64,000 nt of DNA, taken from an uncultured Candidatus Sumerlaeota bacterium. Lineage in GTDB: Bacteria > CAYMEV01. The stretch is taken from assembly GCA_964389675.1 (NCBI GenBank), contig CAYMEV010000019.1:1-64000 (forward strand), read 5' to 3'. The notes under the pieces were generated by a model. That model did no database searches and had not been told where the DNA came from. It saw only the letters and a list, made by a program, of their open reading frames with translations. How positions within the stretch are numbered: the first letter of the stretch is position 1; every line of letters begins with the position of its first letter. Position numbers and translations under genes: made by a program. Positions 19,821 through 28,413 of this stretch are shown here, piece by piece.

Positions 19821-21227
19821 ATGAAGATTTCAAGGCTGAATTATCTGGTACTTGCTGTCTTTATCCTGTTTTCCCTGACAGCCTTCCATGAATCAGAGGC
19901 TGATGACATAAGCAGATCAGCAGGCTTTAATATTGGATGCAAGGGCTGGTCGAGGGGAACACCGGCGGACGAGAAAGAATCAGAGGGATGGGTCTTCTAT
20001 AACTGCGAGAAGGGAAAGATGGATGACGCAGATACCATGGCCGTAATTTTCTGGGATTATGTCGATGTAAAAGATAAAAAAAATATAGACAGCTTTTATA
20101 AGGCGCTGAAAGACCAGTATGTTAGTGGCTATCCTAATATTACATTTCAGCCTTATCTGATAGATGGAAAAGAGGTGGAGCTCGGGACATCCTATGATGA
20201 TGAAGGAGGGACCCTTTATACACTTACTTTTCATGTAAAAGACCGCCTCTATAATATTATCGCTGTAAAATTTGGCCGTCATACGAAAATGCCTGATGAC
20301 CTAAAGAGGCTTTTTGCAAGTATCCGTACTGTAAAAGAACCTTCAAAATCAATACATACAATAAAATCAGCTGATCTTACTGCTGCTTCCCTTGTTTTCA
20401 GAAGGAGCGCGGCAAGAAGCTTTGATAAAGCAGTGAGATCTTTTGGCGGTGAAAATGCCTTTGATCTTATGCTGAATAAAACCATATACAGAAAAAATTC
20501 AGATGCATGGTCCATGCTTTTCAACGGGAGCTACATGCTGTTCAGTGCACCTGGACAGCAGAATGCTGTCACATGCTATTATAATCCACTCTTTGACACA
20601 GCTGTCCTGGTTCGATGGAAGATAAACACTTCAAGGATAATATCCATTGATAGCGCATCCCTGCTGACAGGGACCTGGCAGAATGGCCTGACCAGCCATG
20701 AGTTCTTCTCACCCAGGTGGATAATGAACAGCAGCAAACCTGAAACAGCAATATTCGATCAGACGAAAGCCTTTATAAGGCTTTTTGAAGAGAAATTCCC
20801 TCCCGAATCAAAATCGGACATATCTTTTCCGGGGCAGGCATCCCCTGCGCTTGTTCAGTCGGTATTTGATATGTGCAGGATGCAGATGGAGGCACTGGTA
20901 GCTCTGCAGGACCCGCAATTAAAAGAAATACAGAAATGTATAGGGGATTTCCGAAGTGCCTTTGTCAGGGGCAATAAGGCCAGTCTTGATTCAATGATAC
21001 CAGAAGCTAATCCTGTCAGAGCCCGGGAGCTTTTATCCCTCCCGGCGGAATGGCGGTCCGGTGCAGTGCCTGTATTTATAATGCCTGGAAGTGAGAAGAC
21101 CTGCATTTTCCTTGGCAATGATATTACACCGGGAAGCTATGTCATAATCTGCATAAACAGATCAGGCAGGCCTTCCATAAGCTCTGCAGGAGTATTATAC
21201 CAGTCAGGCATTAAAGGAGGAAAATAA
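19821..21227 (+). CDS. Secreted hypothetical protein
   Basis: 468-aa ORF with RBS and signal peptide; no recognised motif. Confidence 0.7.
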   Translation: MKISRLNYLVLAVFILFSLTAFHESEADDISRSAGFNIGCKGWSRGTPADEKESEGWVFYNCEKGKMDDADTMAVIFWDYVDVKDKKNIDSFYKALKDQYVSGYPNITFQPYLIDGKEVELGTSYDDEGGTLYTLTFHVKDRLYNIIAVKFGRHTKMPDDLKRLFASIRTVKEPSKSIHTIKSADLTAASLVFRRSAARSFDKAVRSFGGENAFDLMLNKTIYRKNSDAWSMLFNGSYMLFSAPGQQNAVTCYYNPLFDTAVLVRWKINTSRIISIDSASLLTGTWQNGLTSHEFFSPRWIMNSSKPETAIFDQTKAFIRLFEEKFPPESKSDISFPGQASPALVQSVFDMCRMQMEALVALQDPQLKEIQKCIGDFRSAFVRGNKASLDSMIPEANPVRARELLSLPAEWRSGAVPVFIMPGSEKTCIFLGNDITPGSYVIICINRSGRPSISSAGVLYQSGIKGGK

Positions 21228-22597
21228 TGATATTTAATTATAAAATAAGATCATTCTCTATCCTAATGTTAGCTGTTTTTACCTGTTTATTCACTGCCCC
21301 CTGCTGTCTGGGTGAGCAGAACGGATTTGACCTCTCAGTGATCGATGATTTCAGGCTGAACCCGAATCTTGATAATTATGACAGGTTAGAAAAGTATATG
21401 GATAAATCACAGGGAGGCAATTCAGGCACAATTTCAAAAGCCATAGATCAGGGCCTTGATATAATGCGTGAATCGGAAAACGACTGGGGAGGGGCTTTAA
21501 AAACAGCGCTCCGCAATGTTGACGATACTGTGGCTCCTGATGCAAGGACAGGCTCCAATCTTTACAGGCTGGGCAAAGGCGCTGAAATATTTGATCTTTT
21601 GAGCAGAAGTGTCCTTGTCTATGATGAATATAATAAGGGAGAGGGCGGACATTCATATGATGCATCCGTACTTGCAGGCAGAGAGCTTACCAAGATGCTT
21701 GCCGGCAACTATATGGGAGGACTTGCAATAACAGCCCTTGCAGGCACATCAGCACCCATACTCTCAGCACTTGCAGTGGGCTATGTGGCAAGCAAGGGGG
21801 CTGAGGGCTTTCTTCAGCTGATGTTTGACGGGTATGATAAATTACAGGAAAGGTCAGGAAATCTCTCACAGACTCAGAGGAGCACTAAAATAAACAGTTA
21901 TCTTCAGGATGCAAAAGAGGAATTCAATATACCCGATAACGCAACTGTTACAACCTATAAAGATGAACTGGGAAATACAGTGACAGATACGACATGGACT
22001 GATCCTGATACAGATGAGAGCTACACCTGCACCCACTGGTACAATAAATACGGCCATGAGATGGGTTCTGATTTTGCAAGGACGGAATATGCAATGGCCG
22101 TAAGCGATGCATCCGGGGGAGAATACCATGAATCATCGAAAGCAACACTAAGAGATCTTATTGAAGGCAGAGACGATGATGGGCAGGAAGACGAGGATAA
22201 TGATTCCCGAAGCAGAGAAGACTCTGAGATCCTTGATTATGTAAACCCGTTAAAAGCATCAGCAACAGCAATGGTAGAGGGCGAGATATCATACGGAAAA
22301 GAGATTGCCACAATTACCACTACATTCACCCTTTCTTTTTATAATGTCGGTTCTCTTGCCAAAGGTTATGAGAAAGCCATACTTAATGTCACAGAGAAAA
22401 AGCCCAATGGCAGTAAATCCACGATGACATGGGTAGGGACATTCAGCGGAGGCCCGAACGGTATTTTCAGGCTTTCATGTAAGGAAGATGAAGTGGTATT
22501 CCGCCTTAAGAACGGCACTGCGACAGAATCCATTGACGGAATCGTGATGAAAGTAACAAGACCTGATGTTTTTAAGGGCTGGCCGGTAGGCTTTTAG
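21227..22597 (+). CDS. Secreted hypothetical protein with a central Gly/Ala-rich hydrophobic segment
   Basis: Translationally coupled (TAATG overlap, GGAGG RBS); signal peptide. Confidence 0.7.
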   Translation: MIFNYKIRSFSILMLAVFTCLFTAPCCLGEQNGFDLSVIDDFRLNPNLDNYDRLEKYMDKSQGGNSGTISKAIDQGLDIMRESENDWGGALKTALRNVDDTVAPDARTGSNLYRLGKGAEIFDLLSRSVLVYDEYNKGEGGHSYDASVLAGRELTKMLAGNYMGGLAITALAGTSAPILSALAVGYVASKGAEGFLQLMFDGYDKLQERSGNLSQTQRSTKINSYLQDAKEEFNIPDNATVTTYKDELGNTVTDTTWTDPDTDESYTCTHWYNKYGHEMGSDFARTEYAMAVSDASGGEYHESSKATLRDLIEGRDDDGQEDEDNDSRSREDSEILDYVNPLKASATAMVEGEISYGKEIATITTTFTLSFYNVGSLAKGYEKAILNVTEKKPNGSKSTMTWVGTFSGGPNGIFRLSCKEDEVVFRLKNGTATESIDGIVMKVTRPDVFKGWPVGF

Positions 22598-23014
22598 ACT
22601 TTTTCATCATCTCTGGGCATTCTTTATGATATTTATATGATGCTTTTTTAGCTGGAATTATAATTCCCAGATGCTAAAATAAGCCGGGATTGAGAATAAT
22701 CATCCTAATAATGCTGTTCTATAGGTATATTAATTTTAATATATTTATATATTAGCTCTTATATCTCATAAAACCTGAAAAAAATATCTATTGGAAAACA
22801 AGACAGGATCTTTTAAGCTTCCGGGTCTTTATGCTCTAAAACATATTATCCGGGTAATATCTGCAAAATCATCTTAAAAAAGTTGAGTTTCATGAAATTT
22901 ATTGCTATATTCATTTAAAATAAAGCTAACATATCTGCAGTTATGAGGATTGCAGACAGTCTGGAAAGGAAACAATAAATACATTAAATTATATAGAATA
23001 CTGGAGGTATTTAA

Positions 23015-26000
23015 GTGAGGAGACTATTTTATTTTTTTGCAGTTATTCTGATTGCAGTGTGTTCTGGTGTTTTTGCCCAGGAGACTCAGCTATTTTCGGA
23101 GAGTTTCGATTCTGCTGACTGGCCGGCCGGATGGGTGGTCACAGACCCGCACGGATCAATATGGTCTATCAACCCTTCGTTCACTGCCGGAGGATCTCCA
23201 AATGAAATGGAGGCCAGGTGGCAGGATGGCATATATTATACAAGGGCAGCAACACCAGTCATTGATGTTACAGGAATAGCAATCGTCAATATTACATTTA
23301 AGCATCGTTTTACCATATATGGAGGTGTAGGCAGTGGCATGAATGCCAGACTTGTCTACAGCACAAACGGCAATGACTGGTATAATTCGGGCTGGGCAAT
23401 ATCCTCAGATAACTTTGAAGGACCGGAAACAGTCCAGGTTGACTTAAATATCCCTGAAAATGCAGATGATCTCTATCTCGGGTGGGTAACGGATGGTGAC
23501 CATAATTCATTTTGTGACTGGCATATTGATGATATTTCAGTTACAGGGTCTTATTATTATGATGTTTCTCTTACACAGATAACTCCAGATCGTTCAGCAC
23601 TGCCGGGTACCTCCATTTATTACGAGCTAAGAACAGACAATACAGGCGTAAACAGTGATAATTACACCTTCAGCCTTTCCAAGGCATGGGCTGAAGGGGT
23701 TTATGCTGATACTGAAGGCACGCCTCTTCCTGACCCCTTTACAATAGCAGGCGGGGGCTCTGAGCTTATTTACCTTAAGGTATATGTTCCTGCTTCTGCA
23801 GTCCCTGATGAATATTCCGAAGATATATGCCAGATTTCCGGGACCGGTGTCTCAGAATCTGTAACGGTCACTACAACTGCAGTATCAGGTATTAATGCAT
23901 TTCCATGGATAGAGACATTTGAATCAGACAGCCCCTCAAGGGCTTTTTGGAGCCAGATCCATGAATATGCTTCCGATGACTGGACATGGGAAACAGGCAG
24001 CAACGGTGTGATCACCACAGCCTATAACGGTACACTGAATGCAAGGTTTGTCAGCATAGGGGCAGGAAGCGTTTATCCTATAACAAAGCTTGTTACTCCG
24101 GTGCTTGATATTTCAGGCCTCAGCGTACCGACTCTGGATTTTTATTATGGCCAGCCTGATTGGTCTGGAGACCAGAATACTCTTGAGGTTTATTACAGGA
24201 AATCAGAGCTTGATCCCTGGATTTCGATCTGGTTTTCCGATGCAGATATCAGCACCTGGACAAAGGTATCCCTCATTCTCCCTGATAAAACCAATACATA
24301 CCAGATAGCATTTGAGGGTGATGCTGATTACGGTTATGCAAATGTACTGGATGATATAAAAGTATATGAACATGCAGATTATGATGTAGAAATTATCCAG
24401 GTAACCCCCAACAGTACAGGGAATCCTGGAGATACACTCTATTACCAGATCCAGGTTGAAAACCAGGGATTACTTGATGATGACTATACATTCAGCCTTT
24501 CCAAGGCCTGGGCTCTCGGGGTTTATGCTGATACATCCGATACTCCCCTTCCTTCACCCTTTGCTGTTACAGCCGGTAATACCGCTGATGTATACCTGAA
24601 GGTAAGCATACCCGGATCAGCTGGCTATATGGAGACCTCTGAGGAAATAATCCAGGTCAATGGCACCGGCGTTTCGGATACTGTTACAATAAGTACCACA
24701 GCCTTCGGGACACCTGTCCTACCTTTCTATGAAAGCTTCGATGGTGCAGGATGGCCGCTTGGATGGTCGGTAATAGATCCTTCTGGTGATATATGGTTTA
24801 TAAAAGCATCAGTAAATGCCGGAGGAACAGCAAATGAGATGAGAGCAGAATATCTTTCCGGAACATGGACAACCCGGGCAGAAACACCTGCCATTTCTGT
24901 TCCAGGGGTTTCAATGGTAAATATAAGCTTTAAGCATTACTATAATGATTATGGTGCAGGTTTTACCGCTAAAGTAGTTTACAGTACTGATGGGACCAAC
25001 TGGACAGACTCAGGCTGGGAGATTATAAGCGGAAATGGCGATGTCGGCCCTGAGACAGCCAGTGTTCTCATTAGCCTGCCTGCCAGGGCTGATGAACTTT
25101 ATGTCGGATGGGTAACGGATGGTGACCATTACCAGTTTGACTACTGGCATATTGACGATATTGCAATAACAGAAACTCTCAGCTATGATACAACTTTACT
25201 AGCAGAACCGTCTGACATCGGCATAGTTCTTGGTGGTGCCGGCAATTATTATGCAGGGGAAACAGTAAACATATCTGCAGAGCTCCCACCCAGGGGATAT
25301 GTATTTGTGGAATGGACAGGCAATTATGCAAATCTGCTTGATAATGCCAATATGTCAGCAGCATCTTTTACCATGCCTGAGGACAATGTCACACTTACAG
25401 CCAATTATGAGGAACCAGGTGAATATATACCGGCATTGGTAAGTTTAGAAAATGAAATGCTAAAGGGTATATGGAGATGGCAGTACACACAATCAAGGGG
25501 CTCAGTATGGCAGAAGGTCCTCAACGAAGTTACGGCAGAAAAGATTATGGCAGGTGATATAACCAATGACGGTAACCTTGACCTTATAGTACTTTTTTCT
25601 GATAACACCCTTTACTGCTATGATATCAGCATCAATTACTGGGAACAGCTTTTGGATGCTTCAGCAGGCCTGCTTGACTTCAGCCTTGCACAGACATCCA
25701 TAGAAGGCTCCGTTCAGCTTATAGTATCCAATAATGCAGCGAGTACAAATATTGATGCAGGTATTAATTTCCTGGAAGCAGGGGCAGGGTATTATAACAT
25801 AAATGAAACCAGCGCTGATGTTTTAACCGGGGTTGATATTACATATGACGGTATTGATGAGCTTATTTTTGCCTTTACCGGTACTGAGGGTATGTACGCT
25901 TATGACTTTATTTCTGATACAATAACCAGGATAGCCATCTCATCGCCTTCTCAGGTAATAAGCGCAGATGTTACCGGAGATGGATATGATGAGGCAATAG

Positions 26001-26476
26001 CAGTGGTTCCAGGTCTCGGTGTATATATGATAAGGTATATCCCGGATAAAGATCTTGTACTCCAGATGGCAGGGAAATCCCCCTTCGATCTTGTCAAAGA
26101 CATCGAGGAGACCTCTGTATGGATATCCAAGAACAAGGGCGGTAAAGGCCTGCAGTTCAACAGGATTACCTGGGGTACTCCCGATGATGAAACTGAGATC
26201 TCAAGCGGTGATATTATACTGGGGACAGGGGCAGAGGTATTCATAGTATATCAGAACAGGACATACTATTATAATTATGACAGCCTGTCATGGTCAACAC
26301 TGCTTTATTTGCCATTAAAAAGGATAATTTCAGGACAGTTTACCGGCAGAGAAAAGGATGATCTCATTGTATGCGATGCTGGTTCAACTGACCTGTACCT
26401 CTACAGTTCATATACAGATTCCTGGGAGATTATATTGCCAGCCGGCAATTCCAATGCCATGGCAACAATTGAATAG
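23015..26476 (+). CDS. Large secreted modular protein (MAM/cleaved-adhesin-like beta-sandwiches, Ig-like, InlB-B-like repeat, FG-GAP/VCBS-like C-terminus)
   Basis: GGAGG RBS and GTG start; ESFD...WP.GW...WHIDDI domains, duplicated internally; GYVFVEWTG..F.MPEDNVTLTANY; DITNDGNLD and DVTGDGYDE. Confidence 0.8.
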   Translation: MRRLFYFFAVILIAVCSGVFAQETQLFSESFDSADWPAGWVVTDPHGSIWSINPSFTAGGSPNEMEARWQDGIYYTRAATPVIDVTGIAIVNITFKHRFTIYGGVGSGMNARLVYSTNGNDWYNSGWAISSDNFEGPETVQVDLNIPENADDLYLGWVTDGDHNSFCDWHIDDISVTGSYYYDVSLTQITPDRSALPGTSIYYELRTDNTGVNSDNYTFSLSKAWAEGVYADTEGTPLPDPFTIAGGGSELIYLKVYVPASAVPDEYSEDICQISGTGVSESVTVTTTAVSGINAFPWIETFESDSPSRAFWSQIHEYASDDWTWETGSNGVITTAYNGTLNARFVSIGAGSVYPITKLVTPVLDISGLSVPTLDFYYGQPDWSGDQNTLEVYYRKSELDPWISIWFSDADISTWTKVSLILPDKTNTYQIAFEGDADYGYANVLDDIKVYEHADYDVEIIQVTPNSTGNPGDTLYYQIQVENQGLLDDDYTFSLSKAWALGVYADTSDTPLPSPFAVTAGNTADVYLKVSIPGSAGYMETSEEIIQVNGTGVSDTVTISTTAFGTPVLPFYESFDGAGWPLGWSVIDPSGDIWFIKASVNAGGTANEMRAEYLSGTWTTRAETPAISVPGVSMVNISFKHYYNDYGAGFTAKVVYSTDGTNWTDSGWEIISGNGDVGPETASVLISLPARADELYVGWVTDGDHYQFDYWHIDDIAITETLSYDTTLLAEPSDIGIVLGGAGNYYAGETVNISAELPPRGYVFVEWTGNYANLLDNANMSAASFTMPEDNVTLTANYEEPGEYIPALVSLENEMLKGIWRWQYTQSRGSVWQKVLNEVTAEKIMAGDITNDGNLDLIVLFSDNTLYCYDISINYWEQLLDASAGLLDFSLAQTSIEGSVQLIVSNNAASTNIDAGINFLEAGAGYYNINETSADVLTGVDITYDGIDELIFAFTGTEGMYAYDFISDTITRIAISSPSQVISADVTGDGYDEAIAVVPGLGVYMIRYIPDKDLVLQMAGKSPFDLVKDIEETSVWISKNKGGKGLQFNRITWGTPDDETEISSGDIILGTGAEVFIVYQNRTYYYNYDSLSWSTLLYLPLKRIISGQFTGREKDDLIVCDAGSTDLYLYSSYTDSWEIILPAGNSNAMATIE

Positions 26477-26490
26477 ATCAAATCAGATAG

Positions 26491-26525
26491 AAAAGGGCAG
26501 TGCATTTGTACTGCCTTTTTCCTTT
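26491..26525 (+). terminator. Intrinsic terminator
   Basis: AAAAGGGCAGTGCA-TT-TGTACTGCCTTTTT. Confidence 0.7.
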
Positions 26526-26624
26526 TGCAAAACACAGGAAGTTTCGAAAAAATCACCTTAAAATTGGGCTCATTTTCAATAGATTTTAATAATCAGCAGA
26601 GATCTCTCAATAGGGTAAATAAAC

Positions 26625-26724
26625 NNNNNNNNNNNNNNNNNNNNNNNNNNNNNNNNNNNNNNNNNNNNNNNNNNNNNNNNNNNNNNNNNNNNNNNNNNNN
26701 NNNNNNNNNNNNNNNNNNNNNNNN
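26625..26724. other. Scaffold gap (100 N)
   Basis: Run of N. Confidence 1.
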
Positions 26725-26864
26725 AGATATACCGGCTTGTCATCAATCTTGACCTTCCATAAATACAGCTCTGCCCTGAAAATGCTGTAATATGTAATAA
26801 ATGCCAGACCAATTAACAAAATGATTATTGAAAATATTAAGAAATTTCTCTTTCTCATAAGCAT
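26725..26864 (-). CDS. Partial gene (N-terminal membrane anchor), truncated by the gap
   Basis: GGGAG RBS; MLMRKRNFLIFSIIILLIGLAFITYY. Confidence 0.55.
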
Positions 26865-27041
26865 TATACTCCCGATAAAATTTTATAATATTCAACTATG
26901 CAGTTACAAGGCATAGATCAATTTATTCCGTTGCCCTTTTTTTAATTATTTCGTATTAATGCGTTCATATCAATAAAAATAAAGCATCATAATCTATTAT
27001 ATAATAAAAATAAACCTGTTTATTTCAAAAATTATGAAATC

Positions 27042-27070
27042 TTTTGACGGGTTATTTAACCCGCCAAAAG
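27042..27070 (-). terminator. Hairpin/terminator after the 27095-27820 gene
   Basis: TTTTGACGGGTTA-T-TTAACCCGCCAAAAG inverted repeat. Confidence 0.55.
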
Positions 27071-27094
27071 AATAATCAGTATTCTAATATGGAA

Positions 27095-27820
27095 TCACCA
27101 TACTGGATAATCTGCACATGAACACTCAACATCACAAACACATCCCGGCATTGGTGGGGGGTCTTCAAAGTCGCCTCCCGGTGGATTAATTTGAACTCCT
27201 CCCAAACCACAGCCATTTGGACTACCACCTCCACAATCAAATTCCCATGGACACCATAACCACGAATGGCTACTATCATCATTTGGCAAATACATCCTGA
27301 AACCATCTTCATCATATTTAAAGCCAGATCCATCATCGTTAATTTTTGTCCAGTTGTTTAAACTGCTGAGTTTAATTTTATTTCCTAGAATATGTCCCTG
27401 GATATTCTGCATTTCTGCCTGTTGGTGCATCGCCCGTAGATTGAATATTTCATCATCTCTTAGTTGATATTTAGCCTCTTCAATATACACCCCAGTAATT
27501 GGCTGATAGATATAGTAATTGAAAATTCCAAAAATTCCGTTATGAAAATCAAAAGCAACATCATGAGAAATACTGTCATATTGGACATCTACATAATCAT
27601 TCAATACTTGCCAATTATTTCCTTCACATAAATTACAATGATATATTAGAGATTTATCGCCATTATCATTAATATCGAAAACATGAAATCTTACTGAATC
27701 AATAAAAAATATACCCTGCTCGAAATGACTGGCTCTGGAAATATTAATAACTTCATAGCCCGAAAATACAGCAGAAAAAATGAATAATACAAAAATCATA
27801 AAATACACTCTTTTTTCCAT
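27095..27820 (-). CDS. Secreted protein with Cys/Gly/Pro-rich C-terminal core
   Basis: AAGGAG RBS; signal peptide; C-terminus WCPWEFDCGGGSPNGC...GCVCDVECSCADYPVW (7 Cys). Confidence 0.8.
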   Translation of the reverse strand: MEKRVYFMIFVLFIFSAVFSGYEVINISRASHFEQGIFFIDSVRFHVFDINDNGDKSLIYHCNLCEGNNWQVLNDYVDVQYDSISHDVAFDFHNGIFGIFNYYIYQPITGVYIEEAKYQLRDDEIFNLRAMHQQAEMQNIQGHILGNKIKLSSLNNWTKINDDGSGFKYDEDGFRMYLPNDDSSHSWLWCPWEFDCGGGSPNGCGLGGVQINPPGGDFEDPPPMPGCVCDVECSCADYPVW

Positions 27821-27955
27821 ATAGTTATACTCCTTTTAAAATTTATTTTGAAATTTTGCTATCTCTGATATGTGTGAGATAGGGCGGAGGCCTTTCCTTG
27901 GTTTGAGTTGATAAAAGCTTATTTGATAAAAAAATAGCAGTTAAAATGCTATAAT

Positions 27956-27978
27956 GTGAGTGAGTGAGTGAGTGAGTG
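27956..27978. repeat. Tetranucleotide simple sequence repeat (GTGA)5GTG
   Basis: Read directly from the sequence. Confidence 0.95.
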
Positions 27979-28021
27979 CAAATACTGTGCCAATATTTCT
28001 TGTCTAATTAGCATAAAAATA

Positions 28022-28051
28022 ACTATAGATGTGGTGATATATATTTGTCAA
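28022..28051 (-). promoter_or_regulatory. Putative sigma70 promoter
   Basis: Minus strand TTGACA-18 bp-TATAGT, upstream of the 27820 gene. Confidence 0.55.
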
Positions 28052-28413
28052 TAGTGCAATACTATTTTTTTTCATTTTCTGGTATATTTTAGTCATTATT
28101 TTTTTATATCCTGCCTGCCCTGTTTTTAATTTATTGAATAATCGCCGAATATATCGCTAAGCTGAATTTTAGTGCTTTAATCAGGATTACCAGGAATATT
28201 TAATACCAGAATCTAAATCATGCTTATTCATTCACATCCATATGGTTCTTTTATCAAATTTGACATAACCATGAACAGATATATAAAAATAATACATGAA
28301 CAAAACAGCTGAAATAAACGAATATTTAATTTCATATATCAAAATAACTTGATTACCAGGTAAACAGATAATAAAATCAATTTATATATGCTTGAGATAC
28401 AAGGAGATGGATA

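Noticed and set aside
26525-26812. ORFs spanning the N run
   Set aside because: Artefacts of translating through the scaffold gap; adjacency across the gap is itself uncertain.
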